This document shows positions 51,501 to 60,439 of a stretch of 64,000 nucleotides of DNA, piece by piece. The stretch is from an uncultured Solibacteraceae bacterium. GTDB lineage: Bacteria > Acidobacteriota > Terriglobia > Bryobacterales > Bryobacteraceae. The stretch's first letter is position 1. Every line of letters starts with the position of its first letter. Where the stretch lies: NCBI GenBank assembly GCA_963748795.1, contig CAVVLD010000118.1, positions 3,131-67,130 of the forward strand, written 5' to 3'. A program made the translations under genes and the position numbers. Under the pieces are notes generated by a model, which saw nothing but the letters and a program-made list of their open reading frames with translations, was not told the origin of the DNA and did not search any database.

Positions 51501-52857
51501 AGACCCACTGGCAGATTCTGGTGGTGGACGACGAAGAGGTGATGTGCGAATCGCTCGCCGCGTGGCTGCGCGAGGACGGCTACCACGTGGATACCGCCGC
51601 GTCCGGCCGGGAGGCGCTGGAAAAGGCCGCGGCAGCGGGATTACGCCATCTACTTCGTGGATCTCAAGATGCCGGGCGGCATGGACGGCATCGAGACCAT
51701 GATGCAGGTGCGGCGCCTGCATCCCGAAGCCTCCATCATCATCATCACGGCCTACGCCACCGTGGATACGGCCATCACGGCGATGAAGGAAGGCGCGCAG
51801 GAGTACATCGTCAAGCCGTGCAATCCGGAGGAGATTTCGCTGCTGGTCAGCCGCATCATCAAGGTGAAGAACCTGCAGCGCGAGAACACCATCCTGCGCA
51901 AGAAGCTGAGCCGGCAGTATTGCGTGCAGGACGTGATCAGCAAGAATCCCAAAATGCAGGAGATTCTGGCTCTGGCGCACCAGGTTTCGAGCCTGCGCAG
52001 CACGGTGCTGATTCAGGGCGAGAGCGGCACCGGCAAGGAGATGGTGGCGCGGGCGATTCACTTTTCGGGCGACCGCGCGTCGAAGCCGTTCGTGGCCGTC
52101 TCCTGCGCGGCGCTGGCCGAGACGCTGCTGGAGAGCGAACTGTTCGGCCACGAGAAGGGCTCCTTCACCGGAGCGGCGCAGCAGAAGCAGGGCAAGTTCG
52201 AGATGGCCGACGGAGGCACCATCTTCCTGGACGAGATCGGCGACATTTCTCCCAAGCTGCAGGTGGACCTGCTGCGCGTGCTGCAGGACCGCAGCTTCTA
52301 CCGCGTGGGCGGGATCGGAGGAGGTCAAGGTGGATGTGCGGGTGATCGCCGCCACCCACGTCAATCTGCAGCAGGCGGTGGCCGACGGCGACTTTCGCGA
52401 CGATCTGTTCTACCGGCTGAACGTGATCGAAATCCGCATTCCGCCGCTGCGCGACCGGCGCGAGGACATTCCGCTGCTGGCGGCGCATTTCGTGGAAAAG
52501 CTTTCGCACGAATTAGGGCGCGATGCCGGCGAGATCTCCGAAGGCGCCCTCAAAGTGCTGATGGACCACGACTGGCCGGGCAACGTGCGGGAACTGGAGA
52601 ATGCCGTGGAGCGCGCCATGGTGACCTGCCGCTCCCACGTCCTGACGGAAGAGGATTTCTCGTTCCTCACCGAGGTGCGGGAATCCGCCAAACCGATGGC
52701 GATTCCCCCGGGCATGACCATGCAGGAGATGGAACGGCTGCTGATCGTCGAGACGCTGCGCCGCGCGGGAGGAAATATCAAAGAGTCCGCCGCCACCCTG
52801 GGAATCGACCGCTCGACGCTTTACGAGAAGATCAAGAAGTACGAGATTCCAAGGTAG
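51497..52857 (+). CDS. Sigma-54-dependent response regulator (NtrC/AtoC family), two frameshifts
   Basis: Receiver ([14 protein letters not shown] ... [13 protein letters not shown] ... KPC), AAA+ core ([40 protein letters not shown] ... [11 protein letters not shown]) and a Fis-type HTH ([18 protein letters not shown]). Confidence 0.85.
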
Positions 52858-52950
52858 GGGCGGGGGATAGCGCCTGCAATACGCGCCAATTTCCGAGTCG
52901 ACAATCCGACCGGAGGGCGGACAAAGACTTCGCGATTAGGGCATGTCACG
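52483..52950 (+). repeat. Repeat A (3-prime end of the sigma54 regulator gene plus ~90 bp downstream), paired with 54003..54395
   Basis: By-eye alignment: gcgcatttcgtggaaaagctttcgcacga... against gcgcacttcgtggaaaactctctcacga.... Similarity continues through the stop codon to ...gagtcgacaatccgaccgg.ggcggaca. Confidence 0.85.
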
Positions 52951-53018
52951 ACCGGGTGGCGGAGAGGATCATCTACCGCGGGGATTCGCACGCGGGGCGT
53001 TCAGAGTAAAATGTAGTC

Positions 53019-53234
53019 ATGCGCAACGAGTTCACGGCAATCGTCGAGCAGGATGGGCCTTGGTTTGTAGCGTACTGCGCCGAATTGCCAGGCGCGAATG
53101 GACAAGGCAGGACTGAAGAAGAGTGCCTCGCGAACTTGCGCGAGGCAATTGCGCTCATCCTGGAACATAGGCGTGAGGAATCTCTGCGGGCCTTACCCCC
53201 TGACGCGAGGCAGGAACCCGTAGTTGTTGGATGA
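53019..53234 (+). CDS. hicB: HicB-family antitoxin
   Basis: Intact 71 aa ORF: FTAIVEQDGPWFVAYCAELPGANGQGRTEEECLANLREAIALILE (UPF0150/HicB pattern). 4-nt overlap with the hicA start. Confidence 0.75.
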   Translation: MRNEFTAIVEQDGPWFVAYCAELPGANGQGRTEEECLANLREAIALILEHRREESLRALPPDARQEPVVVG

Positions 53235-53422
53235 GGCGCGAAGGGCTTCTCCGGCACCTTCGCCGCCACGGTTGTGTGCTGCGCCGAGAGGGCAAAGAAC
53301 ACACTCTTTGGGAAAATCCACAAACCGGCCACGCTGAAGCAGTGCCTCGCCATTCCGAGATCGCAAACCTCTTGGCACGAAGAATCTGCCGGAAACTGTC
53401 AATCCCAGATCCGCCAGGCTAA
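53231..53422 (+). CDS. hicA: HicA-family mRNA interferase toxin
   Basis: Intact 63 aa ORF: LLRHLRRHGCVLRREGKEHTLWENPQTGHAEAVPRHSEIANLLARRICRKLSIP, the YcfA/HicA pattern. Confidence 0.8.
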   Translation: MRREGLLRHLRRHGCVLRREGKEHTLWENPQTGHAEAVPRHSEIANLLARRICRKLSIPDPPG

Positions 53423-53865
53423 CTAGCAGCGAAATAGACTCCACACCGATTGACCGGCCACGCGTTCCACCTGGTTCCGGCCTACTTCTTCTTCCAGTAT
53501 GAGTAGACGCCATCCATGTTGATGCGTAGATGCCGAAGGCACTCCCCCACCACCCGCTCTTGATGCAGCGTGAGTGCCTTGATCAGGCGCCGGAAATGAA
53601 CTCGCTTTGCGATAACGCCGAAACCTGCTCCACTTCAAGATCGGCCCATTGCCGGCCGCGAAGCTGTCGAAACTCCCCCTCCGCTTCGTCAACATTAGTC
53701 CGGCCTACCCGGAATCACCTCGTCCCCGGGGATAAACTGTGCCGGCGAAAGCCGACTTCAGCTTTTCTATCATAGGGTCCCCCTTGATTTCGGAGATTCT
53801 CATGCGGCGTTGACTGGGATCTGTTCGTGCTTTACGTGGTGTAGTTGCACGAGGCGGGGCTGCAC
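53423..53865 (-). pseudogene. Degraded toxin-antitoxin remnant(s), possibly VapBC-like
   Basis: Minus-strand frames give fragments only. MIEKLKSAFAGTV..PGDEVIPG resembles an AbrB-type VapB tail. DTNVDEAEGEFRQLRGRQWADLEVEQVSALSQSEFISGA is weakly similar to a PIN N-terminus. No single frame is open across the region. Confidence 0.25.
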
Positions 53866-54002
53866 CTCGCTATCTTCAAAGTGAAGGAAAGTGGCTTCCA
53901 GAACATTGGCCCGAAGGTCGTCCCAGGTGTCAGCTTGGGTGAAAATGGCGTGGCCCAGGGCTCGTTCCAATTCCATGCCCTTAGGAGACTACCCCTCCAG
54001 GA
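53866..54002 (-). repeat. Repeat B copy 1 (HicB-like antitoxin fragment plus the last codons of the GcvH-like gene), paired with 55628..55733
   Basis: ctcgctatcttcaaagtgaaggaaagtggcttccagaacattggcccgaaggtcgtcccaggtg.cagcttgggtgaa.atggcgtggccc is shared with 55628..55719. After a 33-bp insertion, tacccctccagga is also shared. On the minus strand it encodes MELERALGHAIFTQADTWDDLRANVLEATFLHFEDSE. Confidence 0.85.
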
Positions 54003-54395
54003 GCGCACTTCGTGGAAAACTCTCTCACGATTTAGTTAGGACGCGATGCCGGCGAGATTTCCGAAGGCGCCCTCAGAGTGCTGATGGCCCACGATTGGCC
54101 AGGCATCGTGCGGGAACTGGAGAATGCCGCGGAGCGCGCCATCCGATGGCGATTCCCCCGGGAATGACCAAGCAGGAGATGGAACGGCTGCTGATCGTCG
54201 AAACGCTGCGCCGCGCGGGAGGGAATATCAAAGAGTCCGCCGCCACCCTGGGCATCGATCGCTCGACGCTCTACGAAAAGATCAAGAAGTACGATTCCAA
54301 GGTAGGGCGGGGGGAGCGCCTGCAATACGCACCGATTGCCGAGTCGACAATCCGACCGGGGGCGGACACATAATTTCGCGGTTAGGGGGCGTGAT
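54003..54395 (+). pseudogene. Truncated, internally deleted copy of the sigma54 regulator 3-prime end (repeat A copy 2)
   Basis: Encodes ...GNVRELENA-like and [50 protein letters not shown] in broken frames. It lacks about 75 bp ([25 protein letters not shown]) and everything upstream of codon ~330. Confidence 0.8.
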
Positions 54396-54497
54396 GCGGT
54401 CGAGTGATACACGAGCTACATTACCGTAGAGGTCACAACCCAACAAATCCCTTCGGCGTAACAGCGGATCAGCAGGGCAGATAGCTTTACGACCAGG

Positions 54498-54659
54498 GTG
54501 GATTCTGTAATCGCCAACTTCGATCCGAGTCGGCAGTATATGTATCGGCCTGAGGGTTCGGTTTTCGGATACGTTAGTGGTGTTGGAAAGAAGTACCTGT
54601 ATGCTCCATCAAGAGAGAACATTGGGTACTTCAAACCAGGATTCCTAGAGCTTGTCTGA
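54498..54659 (+). CDS. Possible small ORF (53 aa from GTG), beta-hairpin-repeat-like
   Basis: VDSVIANFDPSRQYMYRPEGSVFGYVSGVGKKYLYAPSRENIGYFKPGFLELV reads more protein-like than the overlapping minus-strand ORF 54416..54673. No Shine-Dalgarno sequence seen. Low confidence. Confidence 0.2.
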   Translation: MDSVIANFDPSRQYMYRPEGSVFGYVSGVGKKYLYAPSRENIGYFKPGFLELV

Positions 54660-54733
54660 AGATCCGGCTCCATTTTTCGGGATCACTTGGGGCCAATTTG
54701 GGCGAAACCCGCGGCGACTCCAGAATCCGTATA

Positions 54734-54901
54734 TCAAGCGCTCAGTTTTTGAGGTTTGCGGACCAAAGACACAACTTTGTGTCCAGACCGGCGTTGCCGC
54801 TTTTTTGCGGCCGATAGGATGGCTTTGACGTCAAAACGGTGCTTGGCGGCCTCAGCCTCACGGGCGCGCCGGACTTCATCTACGATGGGATCCCTGGACA
54901 T
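54734..54901 (-). CDS. Small basic protein, candidate partner (antitoxin-like) of the PIN protein
   Basis: MSRDPIVDEVRRAREAEAAKHRFDVKAILSAAKKRQRRSGHKVVSLVRKPQKLSA. The ATG complement at 54901 is 4 nt after the PIN stop. Not in the ORF track because it is under 60 aa. Confidence 0.45.
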   Translation of the reverse strand: MSRDPIVDEVRRAREAEAAKHRFDVKAILSAAKKRQRRSGHKVVSLVRKPQKLSA

Positions 54902-54905
54902 GGAT

Positions 54906-55379
54906 CTATTCTCCTAATAATCCTTCCGGCGTACAGACGACGGGACATTCGCACCCGTGCTCCCGGCAAATGGAAGCAAGCGACTTGAGGATCACCGCAT
55001 TGGCGATGTGCACGCAATTCCAGGTTATCAGGAAGTCCATGCCGTGCACAGCCGCAATCGCGATATGCGCTGCGTCGGTGGCAGCCTTGCGCGGGATCGT
55101 TCCGGAGATCAGAATTCCGGACGCCAATTCCGCAACCCCGGGCGTAATATCCAACATCGGGAGGGGTTGTAGGATCTTCAGCCGCTCGCGGGCTGCTGCG
55201 GGGTCTCCGGCGCTCACTTCGTCGAGGACAAACTGCGAGATATAGATTTGGAAATCGCCCCGACGTCTGTCCCACCACTCTCGTGTCAACTGCTGATGGC
55301 CGGCAATGATCAAGTCCCGGCTTGGCCGCGAGGTCAGATAGCTGGGAATAGTCGTTTCCAGATACAGGCGAGGCTTCAT
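54906..55379 (-). CDS. PIN-domain protein (VapC-like toxin family)
   Basis: Intact 157 aa ORF: MKPRLYLETTIPSYL ... IYISQFVLDEV ... ATDAAHIAIAAVHGMDFLITWNCVHIAN, giving acidic residues at PIN-like spacing. Confidence 0.65.
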   Translation of the reverse strand: MKPRLYLETTIPSYLTSRPSRDLIIAGHQQLTREWWDRRRGDFQIYISQFVLDEVSAGDPAAARERLKILQPLPMLDITPGVAELASGILISGTIPRKAATDAAHIAIAAVHGMDFLITWNCVHIANAVILKSLASICREHGCECPVVCTPEGLLGE

Positions 55380-55627
55380 TCCCCGATATTAGCCCGTCTC
55401 AATTTCAAGCAGGAAGCATTTCTTCGAAGCGCTTCCACTGGCCGTATAGTTCTATCTCGTCGAAGTGCCGGCTCCGAACAGATAACGCCGCGCCCGGAGA
55501 AAGGTCACCTCTGCCCGTCTCGAGCATAGGAACATGTCCCTCGGCGGCAGCTATCTGAACAGCTTTCCGTAATAGACTCCACACTGATTGACCGGGTTTG
55601 CTGCGACCCAACACTCGTATGCCGTAT

Positions 55628-55733
55628 CTCGCTATCTTCAAAGTGAAGGAAAGTGGCTTCCAGAACATTGGCCCGAAGGTCGTCCCAGGTGGCAGCTTGG
55701 GTGAATATGGCGTGGCCCGCTACCCCTCCAGGA
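55628..55733 (-). repeat. Repeat B copy 2 (HicB-like fragment directly downstream of, and including, the stop of the GcvH-like gene)
   Basis: See 53866..54002. On the minus strand it encodes ...GHAIFTQAATWDDLRANVLEATFLHFEDSE without a start codon. Confidence 0.85.
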
Positions 55734-56549
55734 ACATCTCGCCGCAGACCGCGTCCCAATCTGCCTTGGGATAAGCCTGGGACATATCCGCGATGGGGAC
55801 TCCGCCGTCGGCCAATGCCGGGGCCGCGCCTTCGGCGGTAAGAGTGAGTTGCAGCCGTTCCAGTTCCCGCATGAGCCACGGGCGCACTTCGGCGCCGCGC
55901 AGCAGATGACGAAACGCGGGTTCGCCGGAGGCGGCGGGCCGCACTTTCAGGTACCAGCCCGCGCCGGGAGCGCCCGCTTCGATCACCTCGCCATCCACGG
56001 GGGAAAGCACGCGCACATCCGCGCCATGCTTGTGGACGCGGAATGCCGTGCCGTTCACCTCTATCCGCGAACCCAGCCGGCGGCAGCGCGACCTGGTCGG
56101 GAGTTCCCAATAGCCGCGAGCCCAATTCGTCCAGCCCGACCGTCACCGTGCCGTCGCTCTCCGGGCGCACCCAGGTGTGCCCGCGATGGTAGAGGCGATC
56201 CAGCGGGAACGACATGCCGAAGATCTCCTCTTCTTCGCCCGCGGCCACCGGGTGGCTCTCCACCAGGCGTGGCGTGCGTTTCGCACTCCCGGCAGTCGAA
56301 GGAATGCGGGCACTCGCGGCTTTCGAACTCGCCGGTGAGCACGTGGCGGCAGACGCGGTCGCCGGCGGGCAGGTCGTGAAATTCCGAGTGCCAGCGGATG
56401 CGCTCCACCTTGCGCGAGCTCAGATCCCGGCGCGAGCGCAGGGCGGCATTCACCAGCGTCGTGACCATAATCACCAGCACGGTGTAGAAGGCTCCCAGAA
56501 ACACAATGTGTCCGGCGTCCAGATGAAATCCATAATTCCAAGGCAACAT
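55720..56549 (-). CDS. Membrane-anchored GcvH-fold (barrel-sandwich) protein with a 4-Cys motif, two frameshifts
   Basis: TM HIVFLGAFYTVLVIMVTTLVNAAL; Cys motif DRVCRHVLTGEFESRECPHSFDCRECETH (ORF 56061..56549); then YHRGHTWVRPESDGTVTVGLDELGSRLLG (ORF 55505..56263); then NGTAFRVHKHGADVRVLSPVDGEVIEAGAPGAGWYLKV (ORF 55720..56058). This is the GcvH-like H.W...G...VG.. / SP..GEV / GW pattern. Confidence 0.6.
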
Positions 56550-56594
56550 GTGAGTATCTCCTGCAACGCTCCCTGACAGGGGCTGTTCCGAATT

Positions 56595-57849
56595 TCAGTT
56601 CCCGCTCCGAGGGAAAAAGCTGGAAGTAGCGGAACGAGAACGAATAGACCAGAACTCCGTACGCCACCACCGCCAGGAACGTGCCGGTCTCCTGCCAGCT
56701 TGGCAAGTAGGATAGGAACCGGTCGAAGGAGAGCGTGGGCAGCGCCAGCGTCTGCACCGTCATTACGAATCGATTCAGCGCCACGCCGGTGCAGGCCATA
56801 GCCGCGGCGGCGACCAGCCATCCGGTGCGCGCGCGCAACTGCGGAGCCAGCAGGATCAATGCCGGAACCAGTCCGAACAGCACGATTTCGGCGAACAGGA
56901 TCCAGGTGCCGAACGGCTGCCACGAGTAGTATTGCGCCGCCGGGAATCCGGTCTCGGGCGAGGTGCGATTGATCCAGATCAGCGTGTCGATGGTCTTGGC
57001 CAGCACGTAGACGGACAGCAGCAGTCCGGAGATGCGGCCCAGCAGGCCGAACACTTCCGGCCGCACCAGTTTCTTGCGGCTGATCTTCTCCACCAGCCAG
57101 GTGGTCAGCAGAATGAAGCTGGGGCCCACCGCCGCCGCCGAAATGATGAACAGGAAGAACGTGGACGGCCAGACCGCAAAGCCTTCGCGAAACGCGAACG
57201 GCCGGCCGCGCAGCACGCCGTACAGGCCGCCGAGCGAGCCCTGGTGGAAGAACGAAAGGAACGTGCCCACGCCCGCCAGCACATAGATCAGCTTGTGCAG
57301 TTCGAATTCGAACACCAGGAACGACGGCACCTGGCGCAGCTTCCGGTTCTTCAGCACGATGGGCAGATACTCGATGGCCAGCACGGTGAGGTAGCAGCTG
57401 ATGCAGAAGGTGACTTCGGTCAGCATGGAGTGCACGTTGGGATACCAGAAGGTGAACCAGGCGCGCAGCGGCTGGCCCACGTCCACCGCCAGCACGCAGA
57501 CCGCGCCGCTGTAGCAGACCAGCCCGATGACCACGGCGCTGTTGATGACCGCCCGCAGTTCCTTCAGCTTCAGAATGTAGAGCAGGAATCCGGTGAAGAA
57601 CGCGCCCGCTCCCAGCGCGATCACGGTGAGGTCGAGGAAGATCCACAGGCCGAAGGCGAAGCGGTTGTCCATGTTGGTCTGGTTCAGGCCTTTCACCAGG
57701 CAGAGACCCGCCGAATAGAGGCCGAACACCAGCAGGGCGGCCCAGGGCAGGATCCACAGCAGGAACTTGGCGGTGGAGCAGCGCTTCACGCCGCGCGCGA
57801 TGAATTGCTTATCCACTTGCTTATCCACGGTGATTCTCCTTTCCGGCAT
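56595..57849 (-). CDS. NrfD/PsrC-family integral membrane quinone-interacting subunit (3-prime end frameshifted)
   Basis: Within ORF 56143..58494: FLLWILPWAALLVFGLYSAGLCLVKGLNQTNMDNRFAFGLWIFLDLTVIALGAGAFF plus at least 8 further TM segments. Start ATG 57849, or GTG 57828 preceded by GGAAAGGAGA. The in-frame read-through into the next gene is implausible; a TGA at 56595..56597 becomes available after a T/C run. Confidence 0.75.
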
Positions 57850-58576
57850 CGTGCTGCCCGGCGGCGGGATGCGGCGCATCGGCGGCCTCGCGCACCCAGT
57901 CGCGTTTCGACCGGTAGTAGATCTTGGGCTCGGTACCGAGCTTCTCGAGCAGGCGGAAACTGCCGCCGCTGCCGCGCCGCCTGTGCAGGGGCGCTGGCGG
58001 GGTCGTTGAGATCGCCGAACTGAATGGCGCCGGTGGGGCAGGCTTCGGCGCAGGCGGGCAGATAGTCGCACCGGCTCGGTGTCCGGCTTGCCTGCGGCCG
58101 CGGCCTGCTGCTTGGCGGCGTGCCAGCGGCCGTGACAGAAGTTGCACTTCTCCACCACGCCGCGCATCCGCGGCGTCACGTCGGGATTGAGCGTCTTCTC
58201 CATGCCTGCGGGCCACGCCGGATCCCACCAGTTGAAGTAGCGCGCGTGATACGGGCAGGCGGCCATGCAGTAGCGGCATCCCAGGCAGCGCTGCGGCATC
58301 TCGCCGACGATGCCGGTGGCCGGGTCCACATCCACCGCCTGCTGCGGGCAGACGTGCGCGCAGGGCGTTTCATTGCCGCACTGCTGGCACATCACCGGAA
58401 CGAACGCCGACGCGGGTTTCCGGATACGGCAGGCCGTTATCGATCTTGTAGACGCGGATCCAGGTGAGCCCGTTGCGATCGGTCGCGCCCGCATGGGCCG
58501 GCGGCACGTTGTTCTCCACGGCGCACGCCACCATGCAGGCGCCGCAACCGGTGCAGCGATCCACGTCGATGGTCAT
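57821..58576 (-). CDS. 4Fe-4S ferredoxin-type subunit (PsrB/QrcC/ActB2-like), two frameshifts
   Basis: CTGCGACMVAC (ORF 58370..58576), CQQCGNETPCAHVCP, CLGCRYCMAACP and CNFCHG (ORF 56143..58494 frame), and YLPACAEACPTGAIQFGDLNDP (alternate frame near 58030), with the tail in ORF 57821..58279. Confidence 0.8.
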
Positions 58577-58615
58577 TCCGTAGCGTGCAGCCCGGATGTG
58601 TTTGTTTGGTCGCAG

Positions 58616-60429
58616 TCATACGCGCACCACCTTTGCCCGCGGCGAGGAGCCGCACAAATCCAGCGTGCGCGGCCCGGCCGCCAACTGCACCACGCCCTGC
58701 GGAGCGCCCGCGTCCACCGAGACCCACACGTCGAGCCGGCCGCAACCGGTCTCCAGGATGGCCCGGCCTCCGTCCTCAACGCGGCATTCGCTCGCCACCG
58801 CGGGATGAAGCACCACGCGGTCCGCGGCGCAGCCGCAGGTTGGATTCCTGGTACAGCTTGGAGAGGATCGGCGAACCCGGCGCCGGCCGGCGCTTCGGCC
58901 ATCACCACAGCCAGCGGAAAACTGTCCGCTACCGGCTCCGCGACGGGCGGCCCAAGGGCCAGCTTGGGGATCTCCGTGTGCTCCGGCAGCGCGTCCATCC
59001 AGCAGGCGCCTTCATGGAGCGCCTTCCAGAAGTCGTCCGCCTTGACGTCCTTCACGGCGGTCGATTTCGCGTCGGCATACGTGAATACAGTGCCACGACC
59101 GGCTTTGTGGATGGCGTCGGCGCGTTCCCGCAGAGCGTTCGTTGCGGAAATCTGTGCCAGGCCGGCGATGAACTCCGCCGGATTCACCACGTCGGCCGGC
59201 GGCGGCAGCAAGGCGGCCGAAAGCCGGAACATGGCGGCCGGCGAATCGACCGCGGGCGGGATATCGTCCACCCACTCCGGATACACCGCGGCGGGCAGAA
59301 CGAATTGCGCGTGCCGCCCATAGCCTTCGCCCGACCATGCGAACGCGACCACCACCGGATTGTCCGCGACCAGTTTCTTTTCGATGGCGCTCCACGGCAG
59401 GTAGCGGGCCCGGCGCCGATTCGTCGATCAGCAGAACGCGCACCGAACCGTCCGGCACCGCGTGCCAGTTCCGTCGCGGCCACGGCCTTGTTCCACTCGC
59501 CCGGAACCGGCGCTTCGCGGCGCGTCACGATGGTGTGTCCCAGGGCGCCCACCAATTGATTCAGCGCCAGAATCTCGGGCGCGGTCCCGGGCATCCAACA
59601 CCAACGACGGGCCGTTCTCCGCCAACTCTCGTGCCACCGCGACAATCTGCGCCTCGGTGAGGCCGGTTTCCAGTGCCGCGTCATGCAGAGGCTGGTTCCC
59701 CAGCACGTTCGCGATGGCGCGCGCCAGTGCCGTTTCCGATCCCGGCCGGATGGGCAGCCACTGGTCGGCCATCACGGCCGTTCGCGATTCCACCGTCTCG
59801 GCTTGAATCAGGCGGAAGCCTTCGCGCGCGGCGATCACGTTACCCGGGGTGCCCCAGCCGTCCAGCAGGGGAGCCCCAAAGCTGAGGACCGTCTTAGCCG
59901 CGGCCAGGTTCACCGCCAGGTTCCCGCCCAACGCGTGCGGCGGCGTCAGGTATGTGCCATTCTTCCATTGCGCCAGCGAGCGGCGGTAGGTCCAGGAAGC
60001 TGTGCGGCCGGGGCGCAGATCCAACACGGCGATTCGTTCGCCGCCGGCGCAGTGCGCCAGGGCATCCGAAATCGCCGCGGCTGCCTGTTCGACGGGCCCC
60101 TGCCTGATCCGCGCGGGATGGTACGGAAGATGATGTCCCGCCAGGCCAAACGGGCACAGCGCGCCGTGGGTGAACGGGTGCTCCGGAACTCCCATCAGCG
60201 CCACGGGCTGCTCGCCCACACAGCGGGCGCGCACCGCGCACCCCGCCGGACACAGCGAGCAATTGGTGTACCTGGCGCGAATTTCGCCGCGCGCCGGGCG
60301 CGGCACGCCGGGCCAGGTTTCCGACCAGAGCGCGGTATCCGTGACCAGCCGCCACGGGGCCGGCGTAAACAGGGCGCCCACTGCCGCGCCGCCGGCGAAC
60401 TTGAAAAGATCTCTTCGAGTGGATGTCAT
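58616..60429 (-). CDS. Tat-exported molybdopterin-oxidoreductase-family (MopB) subunit, compact (~600 aa), about 4 frame changes
   Basis: Twin-arginine signal MTSTRRDLFKFAGGAAVGA. N-terminal Cys cluster NCSLCPAGCAV ... GALCPFG. The C-terminal beta-barrel-like VLHPAVASECRVEDGGRAILETGCGRLDVWVSVDAGAPQGVVQL is in ORF 58616..58816. Pieces lie in ORFs 59428..60429, 59184..59684, 59012..59458 and 58573..59355. Confidence 0.75.
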
Positions 60430-60439
60430 GGTGGGCCTC

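Noticed and set aside
54416-54673. 85 aa minus-strand ORF from the track.
   Set aside because: Composition and the lack of a start context are unconvincing. The plus-strand reading of the same DNA looks more protein-like (reported as a low-confidence feature).
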